Source: Candidatus Thorarchaeota archaeon
Lineage (GTDB): Archaea > Asgardarchaeota > Thorarchaeia > Thorarchaeales > Thorarchaeaceae
DNA: 12,248 nucleotides
Assembly (NCBI GenBank): GCA_048884785.1
Contig: JBHLQM010000073.1
Coordinates: 1 to 12,248 of the forward strand
Direction: 5' to 3'
The number at the start of each line of letters is the position of its first letter. Positions within the stretch are counted from its first letter, which is position 1. The notes under the pieces are model-generated. The model did not search any database, was not told the origin of the DNA, and worked only from the letters and a program-made list of their open reading frames with translations. Both the position numbers and the translations under genes were made by a program. Shown here piece by piece: positions 1 to 7,771 of this stretch.

Positions 1-122
1 CAATGGGCGTTATGTCTATGGTCTTGCCGATGCTAGGTCAAGCTGTTGACCTGGGATTAATAGGATTGGCTGTAACCTGTCTAGGCATTGCTGGACTGAG
101 TACTAGTAGTGGAGATTCTTGA
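1..122 (+). CDS. 3' end of a membrane protein (partial; hydrophobic C-terminal helix, loosely SMR/DMT-like)
   Basis: The frame from nt 3 is open to TGA at 120-122 and reads ...MGVMSMVLPMLGQAVDLGLIGLAVTCLGIAGLSTSSGDS*, a Gly-rich hydrophobic helix. The 5' end lies outside the window and the family assignment is weak. Confidence 0.55.
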   Translation, partial: MGVMSMVLPMLGQAVDLGLIGLAVTCLGIAGLSTSSGDS

Positions 123-139
123 AGCAAGAATGATTCAAA

Positions 140-535
140 GTGGTTTTGAATATGAGGGCTTCAAGTCTTAGAGAGGAGTATCGGCAAGCATTTGCCGCTC
201 CCCTCAATATTTCTGAGAGCGAATCCGAGAATGGTATGCATCACATTCTATATAGAAGTGATTGGATCAGAATAGTCCTCGTCAGAAAGCTTCATGACTC
301 AGATTCCACAATTGAAGTGGAACTCTCTATACCAGAGAAGGAGATCTCAAATCCTCAAAGCGCTGTCCATATCATCCATAGGCTAATTACTCACCTGCAT
401 TACCTTCTAGGTTTGCATGATATTGGATTTGGAATAGAGATAATGGAGGATGATGTTTGTTGGACAGCTTCAATAGAAATCTCAAATGAACCGGAATTAG
501 AATTCTTTGAAGGTCTGCTTCCACCTGAAACATAA
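140..535 (+). CDS. Hypothetical protein (uncharacterised alpha/beta family; paralog of the ORF at 11892)
   Basis: 131-aa ORF with globular composition and colinear similarity to the partial ORF at 11892 (YLLGLHDIGFGIEIMEDDVCWTA vs YLLLLEEHGFKIGVVTDECVLTA). The start could be GTG140, TTG146 or ATG152. Confidence 0.85.
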   Translation: MVLNMRASSLREEYRQAFAAPLNISESESENGMHHILYRSDWIRIVLVRKLHDSDSTIEVELSIPEKEISNPQSAVHIIHRLITHLHYLLGLHDIGFGIEIMEDDVCWTASIEISNEPELEFFEGLLPPET

Positions 536-754
536 CAGGACACACTGCACATCCGATGTATATTCCCAGTTCAGGTGTACACAATTTGAGTTGTGGCTCA
601 TCGAAATGAACAGACTATCATTTCTTCATCTGGCGTAATAATGGATAGCAGCTCTCTCAAATTCGCCAATTGGAACGAAATACGAGGCTTATTTGCCATT
701 GAATATTTTTATCAGCATTTACGCACAACATGATTTTCAGGCGATTGCCTTTAC

Positions 755-904
755 ATGAATGAACAACAGAGATGTTCTCGGACTGAATATGACAGCAAAT
801 TGTCATTTAGCGAAATCCGTCAGCCCACTTCTTTTCACCAAAGAGGTTCATTTCATGCAGTCAAATCTAGTTTCAGATTAGATGGCATAAAGGGAGGTGA
901 GTGA
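755..904 (+). CDS. Possible 49-aa leader ORF (uORF) coupled to the small ORF at 905
   Basis: ATG755 to TGA902-904 (MNEQQRCSRTEYDSKLSF...DGIKGGE*). The stop directly abuts GTG905. No obvious RBS, so it may be non-coding. Confidence 0.2.
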   Translation: MNEQQRCSRTEYDSKLSFSEIRQPTSFHQRGSFHAVKSSFRLDGIKGGE

Positions 905-914
905 GTGGGCAGAC
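819..914 (+). promoter_or_regulatory. Structured RNA leader sequestering the RBS and start codon of the 905 ORF
   Basis: Manual pairing gives about 35 bp in 96 nt: GTC-A-GCCCACTT (819-830) with GAGTGGGC-A-GAC (903-914), TTCACC (834-839) with GGTGAG (896-901), and an inner stem 847-895. An alternative hairpin 827-847 is mutually exclusive. Confidence 0.5.
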
Positions 915-1021
915 ATAACAACTCTAGTGGAAGAAAACGAAGGAATCATAACTCCAGAAGTTCTCGAAGAAGATTCCCATTGATAGAGGATAGATTGAAT
1001 CAAGGCTGGTCTGGAGTGTAG
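905..1021 (+). CDS. Small Arg-rich basic protein, 38 aa (MGRHNNSSGRKRRNHNSRSSRRRFPLIEDRLNQGWSGV)
   Basis: Perfect RBS GGAGGTGA at 893-900, 4 nt before GTG905; stop TAG at 1019-1021; followed by a hairpin and T-run. Not in the supplied ORF track. Confidence 0.5.
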   Translation: MGRHNNSSGRKRRNHNSRSSRRRFPLIEDRLNQGWSGV

Positions 1022-1048
1022 TCCTCGTTAGAATCACAACAAGCAATT

Positions 1049-1100
1049 GGCGTCTTGCTCTGGAACAGATTTTCTCTGGGATAGAGTCAGGCGCCTTTTT
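1049..1100 (+). terminator. Hairpin plus oligo-T, putative terminator of the small-ORF transcript
   Basis: GGCGTCT..CTCT-GGAA-CAGA-TTTTC-TCTG-GGAT-AGAG..AGGCGCC (1049-1095) followed by TTTTTCTTCT. Confidence 0.5.
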
Positions 1101-1177
1101 CTTCTGATTTGTTTTGCCAAGTGTCAAAGTATTTCAGGGAAGTTGTATAGATTTTTTTTGCTTGTGAGGGAGGCTAG

Positions 1178-4100
1178 ATGCTCGATAAAGGAAAGACAGT
1201 GCTTCTTATAGTCCTACTAATTGCACCATTATTGATACTACCTAGCAGAGTTGGATTTGATTTTCTCAAATCTGGTGGTCAGTATGAAAACGATTCCAAA
1301 CCTGCTTCTCCATATCTAGACAGGGATGCAATTATGCACAACAATTCCGGAATTGCCCCCAATCAGTACAGCAATCAATACTTTGCCTCTGCCGAAACAA
1401 GCTCAGGTGTGCTTGATCCTATTACGGTTGAACAACGCGGATATTATTCCTCTGGAAATATCAGTGCGAGGACTGATACAGGTATCAACACTGGTACAAA
1501 TCTACTCTTGGATACTGCCCACAATTGGATTGCAGATGAAGCAGAGGCATATGTCTGGAATCTCCAGAAGTTATATGCCGCAAATGGAAGTTATGACGAA
1601 GGATTCCCGGGGATTAATGTATTTCCCGCAGGTTCAGTGGATTATCACCCGGTTGGGTGGGATGCAAATAGTACAGATACAACTACATATTCAGATGATG
1701 TACAACTGGCGGCTTATGATTCAAGCGGCCGAGAATTTGTGACAGTCGAAAGTCAGGGCGGAAAAGAGGGTCAAAACGCGTTTGGCCATGTAGCGGCCAC
1801 TAGAATAGTATGGATCCAAAATGTGACCAATGCTCCATATACAGAAGATTTCGTATTGAGTTTTGATTACTTCTATCTGAGAGGACCAATTGATGGCCCC
1901 ACAGGAGCAAATCCCCTAACAGGAAATTGCAGTATTGCCTTCTTCATTGATGGAATAAACATCTGGAATATGAGTTTGCTTCTTCTATCACAGAGAGGTG
2001 TCTGGTTTGAATCTGGAAACATCCCGATATCCATTATTGGCGCCCCAAGTAATTTCACATTGGAGATTGGATTAATAGTTGACGAAACATTGATTCTTGA
2101 CAAGCGATATGACTATGACGGTGACCCTGGCAATCTGCCAGATGGTCTAGCCAATTCAGCGTATATCACTGTCTACTTGGATGACATTTCCTTTATCAAG
2201 TCAACACCGCCCACTCCTCAAGAAGTCAAACTTGAATTCACCACTGGAGGAGAAAATTCCTCACTTGCTGGCTCTTCAGGTCTATACTACGCATTAATTG
2301 TAAACCAGTCATATTGGACTACGAGTCCTATCTCAGTCCATGTTGTGTCGAATACCACCGTTTCCTTTGAGTATGAATCTCGCCTGCTCTCTCATCGATT
2401 CGCAGACTCAAATTGGAGAACTGATATCTCAAGTTTTGGAATTTCATATGTAGTTGATATTGGTCAAAGCCCTGAACTCACTTTCTATTCATATGTTGGA
2501 TATCTTGGGGGATATGAAGATCCGGAGCTTATAATTAGATATCCAATAGATTGGGAGAATGTATCAGTTTCAGATCCATTCTTGGTAGATTTAACAGGCT
2601 CATGCTCAGTGAGTGATGGCAACCTTACGGTTCCAAGCTCAATTCTTGACCGATTAGGTTGGTGGCAATTTAAATTAGAATCACCAAACTATGGGAAAAC
2701 ATTGGAAATTCAGAAGTATGACTCTTCAACTGGTTGGCTAGTTGATAGCCAATTTCGAGTCGGCAATGAAACACGGCCAGCGATAGAAATCGGCACAATA
2801 ACAGAAACTCCGTCATCTCTCTCGAATGTCAATATCACCTGGACGCTGCCAAACGGCACTCAATGGTTTCAGGAGTCCATTTCTGGTGGAATTGATGGAA
2901 TTATCAATGGGACTTCGAGAGTAATTGACAACTCTCTTGCAGGTTATTGGCAGATTGAATTCATATGGTCAAACGGAACGGAGATTGCATTTCTCGATTC
3001 TATTTTTGAAGTATATCATTCAGCCAATTTGATTTCGCTTGATAGTATTATAGAAACTGAAGTAGGAAACATTGTAACAGGCAGGGTAGAATTTCGAGAT
3101 GCTGAAAATGACGATTACCTGATGGAAGACGCCCAAATCAAGGGAAACTGGTCTGCTGGTTCAGTCACATTTAGCTCAAATCCCACAAGAAAATGGTGGG
3201 AAGTTGATCTCGATACAAATCTAATAGGTGCGGGCTTATTTGTTGTAGAAGTAAATGCAACACTCCCATTTTTCGATATAGCAGTTTGTCAATTCTTTGT
3301 TCTGGCAACTAATGTCACACGATTGAGTTCGCCCAATGCGCCTTGGACTTCAACAGCATGGGAAAGTTCTGTGGTTTTGACATTTCATTACGAAACATTT
3401 GTTGCACTAGCGTCCTCTTGGGAACCGGTTTCCAATAGTAGCGGTAGCGTAGTAGCCACTGTTAACTGGACAATCGGAGCTTGGTCTGTACTGGAAACTG
3501 GTGTACCAGGCATATATGAAGTGACAATAGATACAGCAGTAAAGCCTGCAGATAGCTACCTACTCAATGTTTCTTTCTCAAAGCCGGCACATCAAGCCAG
3601 GCAAATGGTTTTAGAACTTGTGGTAACCCCGCAAGCAAGCAGTTTGACCATCTATAATGGATCTTCAATCCAGTCAGACATAGAGGACATTGTCGTTCTG
3701 AAATTCAGCTTTGTTGACTCAGATGGACATGAGACAGGTGATGCTCTGCTTACTGTAGATGCAGTTTCACCAAGTTCTGGTCTTGGTTTTTCAAGCTTTG
3801 AACCTGTGAGTGGAGAAACAGGGAACTACTCCGTATCAGTTACTGTAGGTGGGCTAGGGGTCTATACAATTCGATTTCTTGCCTCAAAGGCGGATTACCA
3901 ACCAGCAACAGCAGTGTTTGTACTAATAGTGAATGATCTGCCCACCAGCCTCTCTGTAACATCAGGTGAAACTGCAGAGATGGGGCTGACTGATACATTC
4001 ATTGCCACGTATCACTTTGAGATGTATAACGGCTCTCCAGTAGCAGGAGCACAGATTAATGTGCTCTACTCAGGTCCTGCTGGCGGTTTAGCGTGGTCTG

Positions 4101-7100
4101 CTCCAATAGATGAGGGATCCGGTGACTACTCGATTCAATTCTATTCAACCATTTCCGGAGCGTATTTGATTACTGTAGCTGCAGCAAGGCAGTATTATCA
4201 AAGTGATTCTGTTTCATTCTTCCTCTCTGTAGGGGAAATAGCAACTCGTTTGGACGTCCTCAATGGGACTGCCAAAACCATAGATTTTGGAACGCCCTAC
4301 AGATTGGTTCTTTCCTACTACAATACAACTCCGTACGGGCTGGCGGGTGCCGATATTGAAATTGTTTCAATGGATCCGAGCAGCGGACTTGATACTAGCA
4401 CTATCACGGACGAAGGTTCAGGAATCTATAGCCTGATTCTGGACCCCAAGATTGTTGGCATCTATACAATGGTATTTCGAGCCAATCTCACCAATCACCA
4501 GTCACAGTTTGCTTCATTTACACTCAATTTGAATGACATTATCACGGACCTTGCTATTACATCCGGAAATAGTGCAGAGATTGGACTTACTGATTCCTTT
4601 GAAGCGACAATCCATTATGAAGGGTATAATGGTACAGGAATTGAAGGTGCAAACGTGGATGTGGTGTATTCCGGACCCTCAGGGCTTTCTTGGTCAGTAC
4701 CTTCAGATGATGGCCAAGGCAACTACTCGCTTATCTTCGATGCTGTCACATCAGGTACATATCTCATTACAATCAGTGCTTCAAAGCAGTACTATCAAAC
4801 CTCATCGAGCTTCTTTTTCCTCCTTGTGGGCGATATTACAACTCATCTGAATGTTATGAATGGAACTTCCAAGACCATCAACTTTGGGCAGACCTACCGT
4901 TTGATGCTATACTACTACAACAACACACCATATGGATTGGAGGGAGCCAATGTGAGTCTTCTTTCAATCACACCGGATATCGGACTATCTGTTGGCTCCG
5001 TTGTAGAAGAGGGATTGGGCTTCTATAGCCTAGTACTGGACCCTCAGGTTGACGACACATTTACACTTCTGTTCGCTGCCAATTTGACAAATCATCAGAC
5101 TCAGTTTGCCACTTTTACGCTTGTTTCAAATCCGGTTCCTACTGAGCTGAAAGCTCTCAATTCGACAACATCACTACAAGTAATCACCAACTTCACTCTC
5201 TTCCTGCGATATGAAACCCAAGGAGCGATTGGCATTTCAGGCGCAAACCTAGTTGTCTTGAATCCTCCAACGGGATTAACACTCTCCAATTTCGAGGATA
5301 TTGGGAACGGCTACTATAAGTTGTATATATTCCCGATACAAACTGGAAGCTTCCAGCTCTCAATAACCTCGTCCAAGCAGTTCTATCAGACCGAGAGTAC
5401 ATCTGTGTTTCTTGTAATTGGCGAGATAAACACACAATTCGTCATCCTAAACGGAACTGCGGGAAACATTGTTTTTGGCAGCACATACGATCTTTGGTTC
5501 TCATTCAAGAATGAATCAAGTGTTGGTCTTGAAGGCGCGATCCTCACAACAGTCAGCATAACACCATCTGGCCTATCAACTGGTCCGTTTATTGACAGGG
5601 GTGAGGGGCTGTATTCCGTCTTGTTGAATCCAAGCATGAGCAAGACCTTCTCCATATTGATCAAAGCCAATCTCTCGAATCATGAGGTGCAATTTGCAGT
5701 TTTTACAATAGTTGTTGAGCCTGTTGCAACTGTATTCAGAGCCATGAATGCAACGGCATCAATCTCAGTGGATAACGACTACAGACTAGTGCTACTCTTT
5801 GAGGATGACAACAATAATGGGATTGAAGGTGCTCTTATTGAGCTCCTCACGACCCCTGAGGGTATTGCTATTTCTGAGATTGCAGAGCTTGGAGTGGGAT
5901 ACTACAGCGTTCTGCTGAACCCCTCTGCCATTAACATGTACAATTTGCTATTTAGAGCAAGTCTAGAAAATCATCAGAACGGATCAACATCCTACATACT
6001 TGAAACCACACTAGTGCCAACGTCACTGAGGTTTCTAGACGATATCAGTTCTGGGATAACATATTATGGTGAAGAATTCTTTATTTCTGTATTCTATAAC
6101 CGGACTGACTCCCACCAGATTATTGAGTCTGCAACTGTGAATGCTAGTACTCAAAAAACTGGGATTTCATTTATTGTTGAAGACACTGGAACTTTGTACA
6201 CAATACGAGTTAATCCATTAAGATTGGGAACTCATGCGATTACGATAACAATCACAAAGGATGACTACAAGAGTCAATTCGTTACCTTTACTCTCACTGT
6301 TTTAGAAATCCCAACTTCTCTGTCGTGGGAGAATCAACCTGAGGAGATACTCTTCAGTCATACTCATACAATGATGTTCTCCTACGTGAACAGTGTTGTG
6401 CTGAATAGCACTGTAGTCTTAGATGGGACCTATCAAATCATAGGTTCGAAAATAAACTGGGTTGAAACTGAGAGAATTGGCATTAGACAGTTTAATTTCT
6501 CGATAACACCCAATGAGCTTGGAACATACACATTGGTATTCCAGTTCTCCGCCGAAGGTTTCGAAGGTCAGTCCCTTTCCATCACTTTCACAGTTATCGA
6601 AGTGAGCGTTGATGTCAATTTCATTTCTGCTACTATGACCACTGAAGGACTCCCCTTGACAGTGGTTGTTGAGCTTTTTGAAAGTGGAACAAATATCCCA
6701 GTAAAGGGTGCAGATTTAAGATGCAGATTGGATGTACCAGATAGTCTATGGGCGACACTATCAGAGATTGCACCAGGGAGGTATAGAGGGCAGCTACTAA
6801 TTCCAATAGTAGAAACAGAATCCAGCATTGATGTTCTATTCTTCTTCAGCAAAGAGAACTATCAGATTTCTTTAGCTACACAAATATCAATTCTGGTTCG
6901 AACTGACCCCTTCGTCAAGCTGTTCCCAGCCATATCGATTGGTGGCAGCTCTATCGCAATGCTGACCGTTGCTTTTGTAGGATATCGTGTTTCTAGAACT
7001 AGAAAGAGGAAGAGAAATCTCAGGGCTATCGCAATCAAACAGCGATTTGATGATGTAAAGAATATGATTGGAATAATCGTTCTCCACAAGTCAAGTGGAC

Positions 7101-7687
7101 TACCAATATATTCAAGAACGCTAAAGGGTGGATTTGATGAATCCATGGTTTCTGCCTTTATCACTGCTGTTTCTCATTTCAGATCAGAATTTGGCATGGA
7201 TGAGAAACACTGGGACTTCCAAGTCATCCCAATTTCGGATATCGTCAGTGCCGTTCCAACAAGAAATCTGATTTGCGCATTCATATCTGCTTCAGCTCCC
7301 TCAAAAGAACAGCTTGTCAAGATGGAAGCTTTTGGACGAGCAGTTGGGGCTATGTTTGATGAATCCTCTGCAATAGCACCCACAGAGCTTCAAGATCAAA
7401 GAGCAGAGGAACTATTCACATCACTCTTTATGGATCTAATGGATGGCGAATTCCTTACCGCCTACAGAAAACGAGAGTCTGCAGATATTCCGAAGAGCAT
7501 GAAGTGTCTATCATATGTTGTTAGAAACATGGATCATCCTGAATTCTCACTGGATGAACTGGCGCGGGGCATGGCAATGTGCGGAATCGAGGAAGGAGAG
7601 GCTTACTTGCAAGTGATGGATGCAATAGAAAATGGAATCCTCGAACCTGCAAATGGAAGTTTGCCTCTTGAACTTGAACCAAAGTAG
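1178..7687 (+). CDS. Giant single-pass surface glycoprotein: signal peptide, ~13 Ig-like beta-sandwich repeats, TM helix, cytoplasmic longin-like and winged-helix-like domains
   Basis: RBS GGAGG 4 nt before ATG. N-terminal KGK plus hydrophobic signal. Many N-x-S/T sequons. ~100-aa repeats at aa ~614-1909. TM at aa ~1915-1936 followed by RVSRTRKRKR (positive-inside). Tail MIGIIVLHKSSGLPIYSR...DESMVSAFITAVSHFRSE has a longin-type beta-beta-alpha pattern. Domain calls are by eye. Confidence 0.92.
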   Translation: MLDKGKTVLLIVLLIAPLLILPSRVGFDFLKSGGQYENDSKPASPYLDRDAIMHNNSGIAPNQYSNQYFASAETSSGVLDPITVEQRGYYSSGNISARTDTGINTGTNLLLDTAHNWIADEAEAYVWNLQKLYAANGSYDEGFPGINVFPAGSVDYHPVGWDANSTDTTTYSDDVQLAAYDSSGREFVTVESQGGKEGQNAFGHVAATRIVWIQNVTNAPYTEDFVLSFDYFYLRGPIDGPTGANPLTGNCSIAFFIDGINIWNMSLLLLSQRGVWFESGNIPISIIGAPSNFTLEIGLIVDETLILDKRYDYDGDPGNLPDGLANSAYITVYLDDISFIKSTPPTPQEVKLEFTTGGENSSLAGSSGLYYALIVNQSYWTTSPISVHVVSNTTVSFEYESRLLSHRFADSNWRTDISSFGISYVVDIGQSPELTFYSYVGYLGGYEDPELIIRYPIDWENVSVSDPFLVDLTGSCSVSDGNLTVPSSILDRLGWWQFKLESPNYGKTLEIQKYDSSTGWLVDSQFRVGNETRPAIEIGTITETPSSLSNVNITWTLPNGTQWFQESISGGIDGIINGTSRVIDNSLAGYWQIEFIWSNGTEIAFLDSIFEVYHSANLISLDSIIETEVGNIVTGRVEFRDAENDDYLMEDAQIKGNWSAGSVTFSSNPTRKWWEVDLDTNLIGAGLFVVEVNATLPFFDIAVCQFFVLATNVTRLSSPNAPWTSTAWESSVVLTFHYETFVALASSWEPVSNSSGSVVATVNWTIGAWSVLETGVPGIYEVTIDTAVKPADSYLLNVSFSKPAHQARQMVLELVVTPQASSLTIYNGSSIQSDIEDIVVLKFSFVDSDGHETGDALLTVDAVSPSSGLGFSSFEPVSGETGNYSVSVTVGGLGVYTIRFLASKADYQPATAVFVLIVNDLPTSLSVTSGETAEMGLTDTFIATYHFEMYNGSPVAGAQINVLYSGPAGGLAWSAPIDEGSGDYSIQFYSTISGAYLITVAAARQYYQSDSVSFFLSVGEIATRLDVLNGTAKTIDFGTPYRLVLSYYNTTPYGLAGADIEIVSMDPSSGLDTSTITDEGSGIYSLILDPKIVGIYTMVFRANLTNHQSQFASFTLNLNDIITDLAITSGNSAEIGLTDSFEATIHYEGYNGTGIEGANVDVVYSGPSGLSWSVPSDDGQGNYSLIFDAVTSGTYLITISASKQYYQTSSSFFFLLVGDITTHLNVMNGTSKTINFGQTYRLMLYYYNNTPYGLEGANVSLLSITPDIGLSVGSVVEEGLGFYSLVLDPQVDDTFTLLFAANLTNHQTQFATFTLVSNPVPTELKALNSTTSLQVITNFTLFLRYETQGAIGISGANLVVLNPPTGLTLSNFEDIGNGYYKLYIFPIQTGSFQLSITSSKQFYQTESTSVFLVIGEINTQFVILNGTAGNIVFGSTYDLWFSFKNESSVGLEGAILTTVSITPSGLSTGPFIDRGEGLYSVLLNPSMSKTFSILIKANLSNHEVQFAVFTIVVEPVATVFRAMNATASISVDNDYRLVLLFEDDNNNGIEGALIELLTTPEGIAISEIAELGVGYYSVLLNPSAINMYNLLFRASLENHQNGSTSYILETTLVPTSLRFLDDISSGITYYGEEFFISVFYNRTDSHQIIESATVNASTQKTGISFIVEDTGTLYTIRVNPLRLGTHAITITITKDDYKSQFVTFTLTVLEIPTSLSWENQPEEILFSHTHTMMFSYVNSVVLNSTVVLDGTYQIIGSKINWVETERIGIRQFNFSITPNELGTYTLVFQFSAEGFEGQSLSITFTVIEVSVDVNFISATMTTEGLPLTVVVELFESGTNIPVKGADLRCRLDVPDSLWATLSEIAPGRYRGQLLIPIVETESSIDVLFFFSKENYQISLATQISILVRTDPFVKLFPAISIGGSSIAMLTVAFVGYRVSRTRKRKRNLRAIAIKQRFDDVKNMIGIIVLHKSSGLPIYSRTLKGGFDESMVSAFITAVSHFRSEFGMDEKHWDFQVIPISDIVSAVPTRNLICAFISASAPSKEQLVKMEAFGRAVGAMFDESSAIAPTELQDQRAEELFTSLFMDLMDGEFLTAYRKRESADIPKSMKCLSYVVRNMDHPEFSLDELARGMAMCGIEEGEAYLQVMDAIENGILEPANGSLPLELEPK
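3017..6904 (+). repeat. Array of ~13 Ig-like protein repeats (~290-320 nt each) inside the giant CDS
   Basis: Repeat starts include 3938, 4238, 4538, 4835, 5135, 5426, 5723, 6014, 6308 and 6602. Shared motifs: (I/V)xTxL...G(I/L)xGA...GxGxYS...Y/HQ. Units 3938-4537 and 4538-5134 are clear duplicates at protein level. Confidence 0.85.
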
Positions 7688-7735
7688 AAATCCTTTCTGA
7701 TAATCAAAGCGGATCCTACTTAAGAAAAATTACTA

Positions 7736-7761
7736 CGAGGAGCAAAAGAAAAGGCTCCTCG
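7736..7761. terminator. Inverted repeat between convergent genes; likely terminator for arsM, possibly bidirectional
   Basis: Perfect 8-bp stem CGAGGAGC-N10-GCTCCTCG. On the minus strand the loop is CTTTTCTTTT and is followed by a TTTTTCTT tract. Confidence 0.6.
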
Positions 7762-7771
7762 ATCAAAGACT

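Noticed and set aside
546-561. TGCACATCCGATGTAT matches the minus strand of the arsM promoter (8736-8751) at 15/16 positions
   Set aside because: A match of this length is roughly expected by chance in a 12-kb self-comparison, and the palindromic ends of the operator are not preserved.
603-624. Inverted repeat GAAATGA-N8-TCATTTC downstream of the 140..535 gene
   Set aside because: AT-rich 7-bp stem, too weak to call a terminator or operator.
598-699. 33-aa minus-strand ORF MANKPRISFQLANLRELLSIITPDEEMIVCSFR
   Set aside because: No RBS or motif; cannot be distinguished from a chance ORF.
924-1127. 67-aa minus-strand ORF from the track
   Set aside because: TTG start without an RBS, antisense to the better-supported 905 ORF and terminator, and no recognisable motif.
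3938-5134. Repeats considered as a CRISPR array or a DGR template/variable repeat pair
   Set aside because: They are diverged in-frame protein-domain duplications without identical spacer-separated repeats or evident adenine-specific differences, and no reverse transcriptase is present in the window.
1326-7383. Short alternative-frame and antisense ORFs inside the giant gene (1326, 1873, 4533, 5101, 5193, 5386, 6568, 6862, 6887, 7174)
   Set aside because: Shadow ORFs fully overlapping a coherent long CDS.
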